The notes: generated by a model not told the origin, from the sequence alone. 64,000 nt of DNA from an uncultured Erythrobacter sp. (GCF_947499705.1 NZ_CANMPJ010000002.1:676688-740687); one strand, 5' to 3'; counted from the first letter of the stretch, positions 28,863 through 39,908 are shown. Numbers and translations are program-made.

Positions 28863-29638
28863 GCGCCGCTGGCTTCCATCTTGGCAAGTTTTTCGGCCTG
28901 CTGGCGCGGCACCGCGACGAGGCCCTGCGCAATCTCTCCGCCTTCACCAGCGAGGAGTTGCTGCGGCGTACAATCGGCGACCAGCTGACCTGCATCCATC
29001 ACCAGCACTCGGTCGGCCAGCAACAAGGCCTCGGCCATGTCGTGGGTGACCATCACTGTCGTCAGGCCGAGCCGCTCATGCAGCTCGCGCACCTTTTCGC
29101 CCAGCGCATCGCGGGTGATCGGGTCGAGGGCGCCGAAAGGCTCGTCCATAAGCAGCAGCTCAGGCTTGTTCGCGAGCGCGCGGGCCACGCCCACTCTTTG
29201 GCGCTGACCACCGGACAGTTCATCGGGCATGCGGCTGGCCATGTCCGGCTCCAACTCGACCAGTTCCAGCAGCTCGGCGACCCGCTCCGCCGGCAGCTTC
29301 TCACCGTCGAGCCTGGGGCCGATCGCGATGTTTTCGCCGACCTTGAAATGGGGGAACAGGCCGATCCCTTGAAACACATAGCCGACCCGGCGCCGCAGCT
29401 TCGATTGCTTAAGGTGCGTCACATCCTCGCCGCCGAACAAGACTTTGCCGCGGCTGGGTGTAGCCAGCGTGTTTACCATTTTCAGCAGCGTTGATTTGCC
29501 CGAGCCAGATGCGCCGACCAACGCGACGAAACTGCCCGCATCGATCGCGCAAGACACCCCGCCCAATGCAATCACCTCACCATAATGGCGCGTGACATTC
29601 TCGAAATTCAGCAGCGGCTTGGTAGTTGGAGCGGTCAT
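28859..29638 (-). CDS. ABC transporter ATP-binding protein (OpuA/ProV-like, no CBS domains)
   Basis: GASGSGKST, LSGGQRQRV, LLMDEPFGALD, VTHD. Confidence 0.93.
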   Translation of the reverse strand: MTAPTTKPLLNFENVTRHYGEVIALGGVSCAIDAGSFVALVGASGSGKSTLLKMVNTLATPSRGKVLFGGEDVTHLKQSKLRRRVGYVFQGIGLFPHFKVGENIAIGPRLDGEKLPAERVAELLELVELEPDMASRMPDELSGGQRQRVGVARALANKPELLLMDEPFGALDPITRDALGEKVRELHERLGLTTVMVTHDMAEALLLADRVLVMDAGQLVADCTPQQLLAGEGGEIAQGLVAVPRQQAEKLAKMEASGA

Positions 29639-29664
29639 TCGTGGATGGCGTAGCGGGCTAACGC

Positions 29665-31176
29665 CTATTGGGCCAGCCGTTCAAGCGGGATCGCAATTTC
29701 GGCCCGTAGCCCCTCGCTGCGCCAGTCTTGCGTCAAGCCACCCCCCAACTGGTTGCGAATGGACATTTCCATGAGCCGCGAACCAAATCCTGCGCCGTCA
29801 GGGGGCAATGCAGGTGGCCCCCCAATCTCTTCCCAGCCGATGATGGCATTCTCATCATCGCGGCGAATGGTAATTGCAATCCGACCATCGGCAACGCTCA
29901 GCGCTCCGTATTTGGCCGAGTTTGTCGCCAATTCGTGGAACACCAATGCAAGCGGCGTCGCAGCGCGGGGGCCGAATTCTGCGCGGTCACCGGATACCGA
30001 AACGGCATCGGACCCTGGCGCGCCATAGGGCGCCATCAAGACTTCGAGCAACCTCTTCAACTCATCGCCATCGCCGGTATCGACCCGCAGCGCAAAGTCC
30101 TGCGCGCGTGAAAGGGCGAGGATATTTTCGTTGAGGACCCTGGCAAAGCCTTGAGCGGCCTCATCGCCGCGCGCGTGCAATGCTACCAGTCCGGTGATCA
30201 CGGCGAAGATGTTCTTGATCCGATGTGCCAATTCGCCCGCCAGCAATTCGCGTTCTTCGGAGATGCGATAACGTTCGTCGATATCGGTGATCGTGCCGAA
30301 CCAGCGCGCAGTTTCGGGATCGTCCGAGGATGGCACTGCGCGGGTCAGCATCCAGCGATAGCTACCATCGGGCATAAGCATGCGCCATTCGTCTTCGAAC
30401 AAAGCTGCCGCTGCGACCGCTTCGCCAAATTTCGCGACAGACGGTTCAAAGTCGTCCGGATGCACCACCGGGCGCCAGTCTTCGACTGTCTTCGGATTGG
30501 GCATGCCCGTCACTTCGGTCCAGCGCGCATTGAACATGTCGAATTGGCCAGCGGCGGTTGCGGCCCAGGCAATGTCGGGCACGCTGTCGAGCATGAATTG
30601 CAGCCGCGCGGCGCTTGCTGCCAATTCGGTGGTCGCAATGTTGGCGCTTCGGTGGGTTTCGATCCGCCGTTTGACGGCTTCGGCCAACGTTATCAGGCCT
30701 TCGACCTGGAAATCGTTGAGGCCCTTGTCGCGCGGAGCGATGTCATTGACGCATAAGGCACCGATCGGGACGCCCTCGGACGAAATCAGCGGAACCCCGA
30801 CATAATAGCGCAAATGCGCGTCGCCGGTGACGAGCGCAAAGCTGGAAAACCGCTCATCTCCCGTGGCATCAAGCACTTCGAGAATGTCCGACCCTAGCAT
30901 TGTGTGCGCGCAAAAGCTCGTAGCGCGGGGCGTTTCGGTGACGTCGATCCCTTCACGGGCGAGGAACACCTGACGTTCTTCTTCGACCAGGCTGATTGCA
31001 GCCGAGGGCGCTTCGCACAAATGCGCCGCAAAGCGGGCTATCCGATCAAGTTCAGGATCGCCTTGAAGATCGCCTAGCCCAAAGCTGGCGAGCAGGCGCA
31101 GCCGGTTCTCCTCGTCGCAGAATTCCTGCGCAGGAGCCATGTCCGCTGGCCAAGGTTTCTGATCGAGCAGTGTCAC
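29665..31176 (-). CDS. GAF-PAS HWE histidine kinase
   Basis: GAF (SFCAH, LRYYVGVPL), PAS (VHPDD), ELAHRIKN, HELATNSAKYGALS, WEE, GFGSRL. Confidence 0.92.
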   Translation of the reverse strand: MTLLDQKPWPADMAPAQEFCDEENRLRLLASFGLGDLQGDPELDRIARFAAHLCEAPSAAISLVEEERQVFLAREGIDVTETPRATSFCAHTMLGSDILEVLDATGDERFSSFALVTGDAHLRYYVGVPLISSEGVPIGALCVNDIAPRDKGLNDFQVEGLITLAEAVKRRIETHRSANIATTELAASAARLQFMLDSVPDIAWAATAAGQFDMFNARWTEVTGMPNPKTVEDWRPVVHPDDFEPSVAKFGEAVAAAALFEDEWRMLMPDGSYRWMLTRAVPSSDDPETARWFGTITDIDERYRISEERELLAGELAHRIKNIFAVITGLVALHARGDEAAQGFARVLNENILALSRAQDFALRVDTGDGDELKRLLEVLMAPYGAPGSDAVSVSGDRAEFGPRAATPLALVFHELATNSAKYGALSVADGRIAITIRRDDENAIIGWEEIGGPPALPPDGAGFGSRLMEMSIRNQLGGGLTQDWRSEGLRAEIAIPLERLAQ

Positions 31177-31325
31177 GCTTTGCTCCCGTCCAGCCTGCCA
31201 ATACAGGAAAGCACCGGGCTGACAAATTCGGGAGAAATGCCGAACGTGATTTGCGGCTCTCGGTTTGCGTAGGAGCCGCGCGCTGATATGGGCGCGGTAT
31301 CAAACGAAAAGGCCCCGAGAGCATT

Positions 31326-32495
31326 ATGCGCGCTACCCCCGATTTCGATTTCCAGCTTGGCGAAAGCGCCGAGATGATCCGCGACAGCGTTGGCCGCTTC
31401 GCCGATGAACAGATCGCCCCGCTGGCCGAAAAGATCGACCGCGAGGACTATTTCCCGCGCGATGAACTGTGGCAGGCGATGGGTGAGCTTGGTCTGCACG
31501 GCATCACCGTTGAGGAAGAAGATGGCGGGTTGGGCCTCGGCTATCTCGAGCACGTCATCGCAGTCGAGGAAGTCAGCCGCGCAAGCGCTTCGCTCGGCCT
31601 GTCCTATGGCGCGCACTCGAACCTGTGTCTCAACCAGATCCGCCGTTGGGGCAATGAAGAGCAAAAGGCAAAATACCTCCCCGGGCTGATCAGCGGTGAG
31701 CATGTTGGCAGCCTCGCCATGTCCGAGGTTTCGGCTGGCTCTGACGTGGTTTCGATGAAGCTCAAGGCCGAAGCAGTCCAAGGCGGCTATGTTCTCAACG
31801 GCACCAAGTTCTGGATCACCAACGCCACCTGTGCGGACACTTTGGTCGTCTATGCCAAGACCGATGGCAGCGCCGGATCGCGCGGGATCACCGCCTTCCT
31901 GATCGAAAAGGACATGCCCGGGTTCTCCATTGGCCAGAAGATCGAAAAGGTCGGTATGCGCGGTTCGCCCACGGCTGAGCTGGTGTTCGACGATTGCGAA
32001 GTGCCTGAGGAAAACGTGATGGGCCCGGTCAATGGCGGGGTCGGCGTGCTGATGAGCGGTTTGGATTACGAGCGCGTGGTGCTTGCAGGATTGCAGCTCG
32101 GCATCATGCAGGCGTGCCTCGACACGGTCATCCCATATCTGCGCGAGCGCAAGCAGTTCGGCAAACCGATCGGCAGCTTCCAGCTTATGCAAGCCAAGGT
32201 CGCTGACATGTATGTCGCGCTGCAATCGGCTCGCGCTTACACTTACGCGGTCGCAAAGGCCTGCGATGCGGGTCAAACGACGCGTTTCGATGCGGCGGGT
32301 GTGATCCTGCTGTCCTCTGAGAACGCGTTCCGTGTCGCAGCCGAAAGCGTGCAAGCACTGGGCGGCGCGGGCTACACGCTCGACTGGCCGGTGGAGCGCT
32401 ATATGCGCGATGCGAAGCTGCTGGATATCGGCGCGGGGACGAACGAAATCCGCCGGATGCTGATCGGGCGCGAATTGATCGGGGCGGCGGGGTGA
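31326..32495 (+). CDS. ivd: Isovaleryl-CoA dehydrogenase
   Basis: [54 protein letters not shown]. Confidence 0.93.
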   Translation: MRATPDFDFQLGESAEMIRDSVGRFADEQIAPLAEKIDREDYFPRDELWQAMGELGLHGITVEEEDGGLGLGYLEHVIAVEEVSRASASLGLSYGAHSNLCLNQIRRWGNEEQKAKYLPGLISGEHVGSLAMSEVSAGSDVVSMKLKAEAVQGGYVLNGTKFWITNATCADTLVVYAKTDGSAGSRGITAFLIEKDMPGFSIGQKIEKVGMRGSPTAELVFDDCEVPEENVMGPVNGGVGVLMSGLDYERVVLAGLQLGIMQACLDTVIPYLRERKQFGKPIGSFQLMQAKVADMYVALQSARAYTYAVAKACDAGQTTRFDAAGVILLSSENAFRVAAESVQALGGAGYTLDWPVERYMRDAKLLDIGAGTNEIRRMLIGRELIGAAG

Positions 32496-32770
32496 GCAGC
32501 CGAGAAGAGATCGACGCACGGCCAAACTTGGTCGAGGCAAAAATCGGCGAAGGCGGCCGTCCTGAAGTTGCCATCGCGGCCTACCAGCTGAAGGGCGCAT
32601 ATCATTTTGGACGGTTCCTCGCCGATGTCGCAAGGCACGGCGCACTGGCCTACGCGTCTACCTGGTCGCTGGACGAAAGCGACGCGCTGGAAGACATTTG
32701 CAGAGGATTGAGCGACCAGTTGCGGGAACAGATTGGCGACGTCACAATGATGCAGAAGGGCACCCGTTGA
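32492..32770 (+). CDS. Hypothetical protein (DUF5076-like)
   Basis: GTGA overlap with ivd; [13 protein letters not shown]...EDIC.G pattern recalled for DUF5076. Confidence 0.6.
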   Translation: MSSREEIDARPNLVEAKIGEGGRPEVAIAAYQLKGAYHFGRFLADVARHGALAYASTWSLDESDALEDICRGLSDQLREQIGDVTMMQKGTR

Positions 32771-32848
32771 CGGTGCTTTCAGCAAACACCCACCTTTCTC
32801 GCCCATTCTCAGTACAATGCTCGACCTCTAGACTATCGGAGCCAATAG

Positions 32849-33157
32849 ATGCCCGTCTACATGATCTCCCGCATGACCATCCACGACCGTACCGAGTACG
32901 ACAAATACGAAGCTCGCTTTATGGAGATCTTCGACAAGTTCGAAGGCACAATGCTCAGCGTCGATGAAGAACCTCAGGTGCTCGGCGGTGAGTGGACCGC
33001 GACGCGCTCCGTCCTGATGGAATTCCCCGACAAGCCCAAGCTGTTCGCGTGGCTCCTTTCGCCTGAATACAAGGAGATCGGGAAGTTCCGCGATGCGGGC
33101 AGCACGGCGGAATCGATCATTGTGAAGGGGCTGGAGCCAGGAGACTTGCCGGGGTGA
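32849..33157 (+). CDS. DUF1330 domain protein
   Basis: YMISRMTIHD..EY..Y, VLGGEW....VLMEFP, SPEY. Confidence 0.85.
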   Translation: MPVYMISRMTIHDRTEYDKYEARFMEIFDKFEGTMLSVDEEPQVLGGEWTATRSVLMEFPDKPKLFAWLLSPEYKEIGKFRDAGSTAESIIVKGLEPGDLPG

Positions 33158-33525
33158 GCCTCGGCGTGCTCCGCCTCCTCGGCGCTGGATTGGCGCTGTC
33201 GCTGATGATCGGCGAGGTGATCCGCAGTTGGGGAGCCGGGCGACCGATCATGTTCGTGCTCGACGATTTCTTCATGGGTGGATTGCTGCTGATCGGAGCC
33301 ATCTTGATGGCCAGCCCCAGCCGCATCCGCTGGGGCGTATTTGTCGCCGGATGGGCGTCCTGTGCCGGGATGATGTATGGCAGTTTCTTCGGCAAAGTGT
33401 TCGATCCGGCATCTGCCAATTCGGGCAATCTCGACCTCGGCCTGCTGACCGCGCTGATCGGAGTAGCGTTTGCTGTGTCGTTGGTGGGGCTTTGGGGAAG
33501 CCTGATATGGAAACCCGCCGAATGA
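33154..33525 (+). CDS. Hypothetical 4-TM membrane protein
   Basis: GTGA overlap; four hydrophobic segments. Confidence 0.7.
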   Translation: MSLGVLRLLGAGLALSLMIGEVIRSWGAGRPIMFVLDDFFMGGLLLIGAILMASPSRIRWGVFVAGWASCAGMMYGSFFGKVFDPASANSGNLDLGLLTALIGVAFAVSLVGLWGSLIWKPAE

Positions 33526-33872
33526 TCTGGCTCTGGCTGTCAGCCGCCGTCATGGCCCTCGTCGCGATTGCGCACTCGACCGGCGGGGCTAGTTCGGTGC
33601 TTGGACCCATCCTCTCCGGCGGCAACCCGCACCCGGATATGGAGATCGCTCCGACGCTGCTGCGCTATCTCTGGCACTCGCTTTCTGCGTTTATGGTGCT
33701 TTGCGCTGCGGTAGTCGTCTGGCCGGAGACCCCGCGCGCGCTTATCATCGTGATCGGATTGTTCTGGATCGGATTGGGTCTGGCCGATATCGCGACATCG
33801 CATTTCAAACATCCCGGCTGGATACCCATGGGGATCGCCGGAATATTAGCATTGATCGGGGCCTATAGATGA
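33522..33872 (+). CDS. Hypothetical membrane protein
   Basis: ATGA overlaps at both ends; [19 protein letters not shown]. Confidence 0.7.
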   Translation: MIWLWLSAAVMALVAIAHSTGGASSVLGPILSGGNPHPDMEIAPTLLRYLWHSLSAFMVLCAAVVVWPETPRALIIVIGLFWIGLGLADIATSHFKHPGWIPMGIAGILALIGAYR

Positions 33873-35476
33873 CCGCACCTGTCCTCACTTCAAAGCTCGA
33901 CCGTGAAAGCCCCGATGCCAAGGCGCGTGTCGCGCATAACAAGACTCTGGCTGAAAACTTGCGCGCTACAGTCGCCGAAGCTGCGCTGGGCGGGCCGGAG
34001 CGCTCGCGTGATCGGCATGTGTCGCGGGGCAAGCTGCTTCCGCGCGAGCGGGTGGAGCGGTTGCTCGATCCGGGATCGCCTTTCCTTGAGGTCGGCCAGC
34101 TTGCTGCCAACGGGATGTATGAAGGTGACATCAACGGCGCTTCGCTGATCTGCGGGATCGGGCGGGTGTCGGGCCGACAGGTGATGATCGTGTGCAACGA
34201 TGCCACCGTCAAAGGCGGCACCTATTATCCGATGACGGTCAAGAAGCACCTGCGCGCGCAGGAGATCGCTCAGGAGAACCGCCTGCCGTGCATCTACCTC
34301 GTCGACAGCGGCGGGGCGAACCTACCGCATCAGGCAGAGGTGTTTCCGGACCGCGATCACTTTGGCCGCATCTTCTTCAATCAGGCGAATATGTCGGCGC
34401 TCGGTATCCCGCAGATTGCCTGCGTGATGGGGTCTTGCACTGCTGGCGGGGCTTACGTTCCGGCCATGTCCGACGAAACGGTAATCGTGCGCAACCAAGG
34501 GACGATCTTCCTCGCCGGGCCGCCGCTGGTGAAGGCGGCAACGGGGGAAGAAATTACCGCTGAAGACCTTGGCGGCGGCGATCTGCATGCCAAGAAATCG
34601 GGCGTGGTCGATCACCTTGCCGAGAATGACGAGCACGCGCTCACCATCGTGCGCGATATTGTCAGTCATCTCGGCGAGAACACTGGCGCGGCGAGAGACA
34701 TCTCTCTGAAAGACCCGCGCCCGCCGAAATTCGATGCCGACGATCTCTACGCCATCGTGCCCGACGATGTGCGTGCGCCCTACGATGTGAAAGAGGTCAT
34801 CGCGCGGCTGGTCGACGGCTCCGAGTTCCACGAATTCAAGCAGCACTATGGCTCCACGCTGGTGTGCGGCTTCGCGCATATCTGGGGGATGCCGGTCGCG
34901 ATCCTTGCGAACAATGGTGTGCTGTTCAGCGAATCCGCGCAGAAGGGCGCGCACTTTATCGAGCTAGCCTGCCAGCGCCGTATTCCGCTGCTGTTCCTGC
35001 AGAATATCAGCGGCTTTATGGTCGGAGGGAAATACGAGGCGGAAGGCATCGCCAAGCACGGCGCAAAGCTCGTCACCGCCGTTGCCACTGCGACCGTGCC
35101 CAAGATCACTGTAGTGATCGGCGGCAGCTTCGGTGCTGGCAATTACGGCATGGCAGGCCGCGCATATTCCCCGCGCTTCCTGTTCACCTGGCCCAATGCC
35201 CGCATCAGCGTGATGGGCGGCGAACAGGCGGCTTCTGTGCTCGCGACCGTCCACCGCGACGCGGATTCATGGTCTGAAGAAGAGGCCGAGGCCTTCAAGG
35301 TCCCGATCCGCCAGAAATACGAGGATGAAGGCAACCCCTACTACGCCACCGCGCGGCTATGGGATGACGGGGTGATCGACCCGGTGCAGACGCGCGATGT
35401 ACTTGGGCTGGCATTTGCGGCGACGCTGGAAGCGCCGATTGCCGAGCGGCCCGCATTTGGTGTGTTCAGGATGTGA
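33869..35476 (+). CDS. 3-methylcrotonyl-CoA carboxylase beta subunit (carboxyl transferase)
   Basis: [51 protein letters not shown]. Confidence 0.93.
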   Translation: MTAPVLTSKLDRESPDAKARVAHNKTLAENLRATVAEAALGGPERSRDRHVSRGKLLPRERVERLLDPGSPFLEVGQLAANGMYEGDINGASLICGIGRVSGRQVMIVCNDATVKGGTYYPMTVKKHLRAQEIAQENRLPCIYLVDSGGANLPHQAEVFPDRDHFGRIFFNQANMSALGIPQIACVMGSCTAGGAYVPAMSDETVIVRNQGTIFLAGPPLVKAATGEEITAEDLGGGDLHAKKSGVVDHLAENDEHALTIVRDIVSHLGENTGAARDISLKDPRPPKFDADDLYAIVPDDVRAPYDVKEVIARLVDGSEFHEFKQHYGSTLVCGFAHIWGMPVAILANNGVLFSESAQKGAHFIELACQRRIPLLFLQNISGFMVGGKYEAEGIAKHGAKLVTAVATATVPKITVVIGGSFGAGNYGMAGRAYSPRFLFTWPNARISVMGGEQAASVLATVHRDADSWSEEEAEAFKVPIRQKYEDEGNPYYATARLWDDGVIDPVQTRDVLGLAFAATLEAPIAERPAFGVFRM

Positions 35477-35480
35477 TGCC

Positions 35481-35858
35481 ATGGTGTACGAGCTCATCAT
35501 ACACCGTCGCAAATTTTGGATGGACGAGGACAATCCGATAGACCTCAATACGTGGATCGAGCTTTGTCGTTCCGATCCGGACTTGACGATCGAAGAAGTC
35601 GTGATGGCGCAAAACCCTAAGACGGGTGAGCAAATCCGCATCGAAGGCGATGGGACGGCATTTTGGGAAGGTCCGTCAAAGGGCGGCGAGCGTGACAACA
35701 CATGTTTCTCATGGGACCGCGGCGCCATCAGATTCGGCGGAGGTCATGAACTCGCAATCTTGGCAAAGGCATGCAAAATCGCCGAAGCTCTTGGCGCGCG
35801 CGTACAAGGCGTAGAAGGTGAGTTCTATCGTGCTGATGGATCGCACTACTACGATTGA
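35481..35858 (+). CDS. Hypothetical protein
   Basis: Starts 4 nt after the carboxylase stop; compact 125-aa ORF ending IA..LGARVQG.EGE.Y. Confidence 0.7.
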   Translation: MVYELIIHRRKFWMDEDNPIDLNTWIELCRSDPDLTIEEVVMAQNPKTGEQIRIEGDGTAFWEGPSKGGERDNTCFSWDRGAIRFGGGHELAILAKACKIAEALGARVQGVEGEFYRADGSHYYD

Positions 35859-35923
35859 CTGAAACCCTATCGCATTCCCCTACGTAACTGCTAGTCATAG
35901 CGCCTCGGGGGAGAGCAACGCAC

Positions 35924-36553
35924 TTGAAACACAACGAAACACGCAATGTCGGCCTGCTGTCGCGGATCGTGAACCGGATCATCCTGTTCCTCTACAAATG
36001 GAAAGGCTGGCGGATTGAGGAACGCTTTCCTGAAGGCGTGAAAAAATGCGTCATCGCGGGTGCGCCGCACACCTCGAACTGGGACTTTGTGTTCTTTGCG
36101 GGCGCGACCCATGAAGAGAAGGTGCAACCCAACTTCATGGGCAAGCACACTCTGTTTGAAGGGATCATGAGCAACTTCATGCTCGATATGGGCGGAATTG
36201 CCGTCGATCGGTCCAAGGCGGGCGGCACGATTGAGCAGCTCAAAGAAGAATATGAGAGCCGCGAAGAGCTCAATCTGGTGATGGCCTGTGAAGGCACACG
36301 CAAGTCGGACGGCAAGTGGAAATCCGGCTTTTACAACATCGCCAAGGCTGCTGGCGTCCCCATCGTCCTTGCCTATGCCGATAACGAGAAAATGCGGATC
36401 GGTTTCAGCCAACCGATGATGCCGAGCGGCAATTACGGCGAAGACCTGCTCAAGATTGCCGAATGGTTCCGGTCCAAGATCCCCGATCTCGATCGCTACA
36501 AGGTGCTCGAACAGCAGGCGCGCGATATCATTGCGGGTAAGAACGACATGTAA
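35924..36553 (+). CDS. 1-acyl-sn-glycerol-3-phosphate acyltransferase family protein
   Basis: APHTSNWD, EGTRK, WKSGFY; TTG start after GGAG. Confidence 0.88.
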   Translation: MKHNETRNVGLLSRIVNRIILFLYKWKGWRIEERFPEGVKKCVIAGAPHTSNWDFVFFAGATHEEKVQPNFMGKHTLFEGIMSNFMLDMGGIAVDRSKAGGTIEQLKEEYESREELNLVMACEGTRKSDGKWKSGFYNIAKAAGVPIVLAYADNEKMRIGFSQPMMPSGNYGEDLLKIAEWFRSKIPDLDRYKVLEQQARDIIAGKNDM

Positions 36554-36669
36554 TTGGCGCGCTGCCAAACTGCGAATTCGCGACGCGCAAAAAAGTCCAA
36601 GATGTATCTTTAAGCCTCCCGCTCCGCTCCCTATTTATGCGCAAGCAAGGTCAGGAGGGTTCGCGCAGC

Positions 36670-37308
36670 ATGGTACTGAACGAACAGACACGAGAAAGTG
36701 AACGCCAACGCATCGCGCAGATGGTGCTCGAACTTGTGAAGGAGCGCGGCTCCGAGATTTCATACACGCTCGCCATGACGGAAAGTGGCCTTTCGCGCAG
36801 CCGGTTTGAGCAGCTATTCGAAGACTATGACGATCTTTTCGACACGATAGCCAAGACGTGGCTGCAACCGCATATGGCGGTGATGGAAGAGGTGCTGGCG
36901 ACCGATCTGCCGCCGATCCGCAAGATGTATGAGTTTTTCCGTCGGCGCTTTCTAATCAACCGCGATCGGTTCCGCGAAGATCCGGAGTTTTTCACTATCA
37001 TCTGCGAAATGGGCGCGGCCAATTTCGAGCGGGTGCGGTCCTATGTCGATCTCGCCGATCACTATCAGTGTGAACTGATCGTACAGGCTCAGGCGGAGGG
37101 CTTCTTTGCCGGGTTGGAGATCGACGAGACCCTGTCGCTGATCAATCAGATGATCTCGAACTACACACTGCCCGATGCTATGATCTATCTCGGTGACAAG
37201 TTGACCGAGGAAAAGCTCGCGCGGATCATCGACACGGTGTTTATCGGCCTGTCTGCCGAAGCTGGTGACGGGGCAGCTGGTGTGAACACATTGCGGGTCG
37301 CGTCCTAG
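36670..37308 (+). CDS. TetR/AcrR-like regulator (divergent HTH)
   Basis: N-terminal helical HTH-like segment (GLSRSRFEQLFED.DDL) and TetR-like C-terminal helices. Confidence 0.6.
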   Translation: MVLNEQTRESERQRIAQMVLELVKERGSEISYTLAMTESGLSRSRFEQLFEDYDDLFDTIAKTWLQPHMAVMEEVLATDLPPIRKMYEFFRRRFLINRDRFREDPEFFTIICEMGAANFERVRSYVDLADHYQCELIVQAQAEGFFAGLEIDETLSLINQMISNYTLPDAMIYLGDKLTEEKLARIIDTVFIGLSAEAGDGAAGVNTLRVAS

Positions 37309-37853
37309 ACGCCTTCCGCCCACCAATCGCACGATGGATCGTCCGGCTGACGTTTTCCGCGCCGGGCGAGCGTCTCAAACAGCCCGCCTGACGTCTGCAT
37401 CGTCGCAGGCCCCTGCCGGTTCCAATCCATGATGTAGAGCCGCTCTGCGATGCGCCATTCATGCGCGCCAAGAGTGTTCTCGACCTTCACCAGCGTATCG
37501 AGGTAACGGCCTCCCACGACCAATTCGGTATCCTCGTCTACGCCCGGCAAGATGTGCAGCGCCACACAATAAGTCTCGGCCTTGGCCCGGACGCCGGCGA
37601 TCCGGCAGATGGTGTTGCCGATATTGTGCTGGGTCAGCCGCATTGCTCTGAGCCCTTCCATCAGGCCCGCAATCGTCTCTCCGCGCGGTTTTGGGCCATC
37701 GCCGTAATCGATACGCGCATCGTCGGCGAAGACCTGTTCCAACTCCTCCGCGTCGCAGCGGTCGATCCCGCGGCAATAGCGTGCGAGCAGGTCTTCGATC
37801 GCGATCCGATCGGCCAGAGTTTGTGTGGTTTCGGTTGCTGCATTGTCGGACAT
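37305..37853 (-). CDS. NTF2/SnoaL-like protein
   Basis: DRIAIEDLLARYCRGIDRCD, TQHNIGN, GGRYLD, WRIAER. Confidence 0.88.
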   Translation of the reverse strand: MSDNAATETTQTLADRIAIEDLLARYCRGIDRCDAEELEQVFADDARIDYGDGPKPRGETIAGLMEGLRAMRLTQHNIGNTICRIAGVRAKAETYCVALHILPGVDEDTELVVGGRYLDTLVKVENTLGAHEWRIAERLYIMDWNRQGPATMQTSGGLFETLARRGKRQPDDPSCDWWAEGV

Positions 37854-37922
37854 GCGGTGCAGTCTACAACCAGCGGCCCACGGGCGGGATTAGCATTTTC
37901 GCCCAAAGGGCGGACCGCAGGA

Positions 37923-38705
37923 TCAGCGATCAGGGCGCCGGAACTGCAGCACATTCTTGGGCGGCTTCGGGCGGGGTGGGCGCAAACGCCTGTCAGAGAG
38001 CGCGTATTTCAAGCTGAACCCGACCATCAGCGCCGATGTCACAATGATCGCGGCAGCCCAAAACCAATGCGGAAGCAGCAGCGCGGCTTCGATCTGGCCG
38101 GTGTCGGACAGAATGCGCTGCCCGCCGATCACCGCTTCCTCGGTGAACAGGTAGTTGAAGTCGCGCAGCATGCTCATCGCTCCTAGAACACCCAGGAATT
38201 GGAGGCTGAAACGCACAAATCCGTCCTGGGCCCGCCATGCGATCAGCACCAGCAATGCTCCCACTAAGGGAAGCACCGCCACGCCAACGTTACTGCGGAC
38301 ATAGATGATCACCGACGCAAAGATCGCGACTGCCATTGCAACGAGCGTCGGTCGCCATAACTTCTTGTGAGCGCTGGCGAGAATCAAGCCCGCGCCAACA
38401 AAGCTGGGTGCCAATGGGCCTCCCGCAGCAATAGCGGCCTGCGTAAAGCGCGAAATATCGGACGAAACGAGGTTTTCGGCTAAGCCTGATCCGTTGCGAT
38501 AGATCAGCAGTCGCTGGAAATCCTGCCCCATGAGCTCGGCTGACATGCCATGGCCCATTTCGTGGAACCACGTGGTCAGGATCATGAACGGATAGATCAG
38601 GTAATTGCCAAACGGCAGCGCGGGCAGCGCCAGAACAACGATCACGGCAAGGAGCAACCTGCCGACTTGTTCGCCCTGACTGCCCGGTTCAACGATTGAC
38701 CGCAT
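37923..38705 (-). CDS. M50B family membrane metallopeptidase
   Basis: HEMGHG zinc motif, AGG, SD in later TM region. Confidence 0.85.
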   Translation of the reverse strand: MRSIVEPGSQGEQVGRLLLAVIVVLALPALPFGNYLIYPFMILTTWFHEMGHGMSAELMGQDFQRLLIYRNGSGLAENLVSSDISRFTQAAIAAGGPLAPSFVGAGLILASAHKKLWRPTLVAMAVAIFASVIIYVRSNVGVAVLPLVGALLVLIAWRAQDGFVRFSLQFLGVLGAMSMLRDFNYLFTEEAVIGGQRILSDTGQIEAALLLPHWFWAAAIIVTSALMVGFSLKYALSDRRLRPPRPKPPKNVLQFRRPDR

Positions 38706-38708
38706 GGC

Positions 38709-39908
38709 TCAGACGCTCTCGGATTCGGCCATCAGGCGGCGTTTCCCGGCCATTTCCTCTTCGCTAAGTGCCTTGCCGTCGACACCGACTTTCATCCGGT
38801 ACTTTTCGGCAGCTTCTTCGTCTTCGGCGCGCTGCTCCTGCAGGATCGACCAGCTGGCGAGGAACAGACCGGCAACTAGCGGGCCAAGGACGATGCCTGA
38901 GAAACCCGCAATCGACAGCCCGCCGAGTGTGGTGACGAGGATGATCCAGTCCGGAATGCCGGTGTCGCGGCCAACCAGGATCGGGCGTAGGACATTGTCG
39001 GCGGAGCTAATGATGATGAAGCCTGAACCGAGCACGAATACGCCTTGCCAGATCTCGCCTGAGACCAGCAGCCAGATACCAACCGGCGCCCAGACAAGCG
39101 CAGTCCCGACCGCCGGGATCAGCGCGAGGATCGCCATCATCACGCCAAGCAGCAGCGCCGATGGCACGCCAGCGATCATCATCGTGATCCCGCCCAGCGT
39201 ACCCTGAACCAGTCCGACAACACCCGATCCCTTGATCACGGCGCGAACAATGCCGAGGAATCGCTCAGCCAAGCGGTCGGCGATTTCACGCTCGACCGGC
39301 ACAGAGTGCAGGATGGTTTCGCCAATGCGCGATCCGTCGCGCAGCAGGAAATACAGGACGTAGAGACCAAGGCCAAAGCTCAGCAGGAAGCTCAGCGCGC
39401 CGCTGCCGATCGAGAAGGCCTGACTGGCGAGCATCCCGGCGCTTTCACCAAGGATCTCCTGCAAGCGGTTCTGGGCTTCGGACATATCGGTCCAGCCGCT
39501 TTCATCGACCATTTCCTGAGCGGCAGTCGGGAGCATACCGTAAACCTGATTGGCCCAGGCGGCGAGATCAATCGGATCGCGTTGCAGCGCGGCCACGAGC
39601 TCCAGCGCTTCCTGCACCACAAGCGTGCCGATCCACAGGGCTGGCAGGATGACCGCGAGCAGGATTACACCGAGCGTGAGGAGTGCTGCCGGGTTTCGCT
39701 TCCCACGGCATTTGATCAGCGACCACTTATACAGAGGCTGGAACATGATCGCGGCAAGCGCCGACCACAGCAGAGGGGTGGCGAAGGGCCACGCGATCCA
39801 AAGCAGCATGACCGTGACGGCGGCAACTACCAGCAGGAAGCTGACGTGTTGGAGTTCACTGGTGTGATGCTGCTCACCGGTCATGTCGCTCTGATCTTTA
39901 TCCGCCAA
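38709..39908 (-). CDS. AI-2E family transporter
   Basis: Multi-TM; IPAVG..LVW.P, DNVLRP.LVG, G..LGP. Confidence 0.9.
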   Translation of the reverse strand: MADKDQSDMTGEQHHTSELQHVSFLLVVAAVTVMLLWIAWPFATPLLWSALAAIMFQPLYKWSLIKCRGKRNPAALLTLGVILLAVILPALWIGTLVVQEALELVAALQRDPIDLAAWANQVYGMLPTAAQEMVDESGWTDMSEAQNRLQEILGESAGMLASQAFSIGSGALSFLLSFGLGLYVLYFLLRDGSRIGETILHSVPVEREIADRLAERFLGIVRAVIKGSGVVGLVQGTLGGITMMIAGVPSALLLGVMMAILALIPAVGTALVWAPVGIWLLVSGEIWQGVFVLGSGFIIISSADNVLRPILVGRDTGIPDWIILVTTLGGLSIAGFSGIVLGPLVAGLFLASWSILQEQRAEDEEAAEKYRMKVGVDGKALSEEEMAGKRRLMAESESV

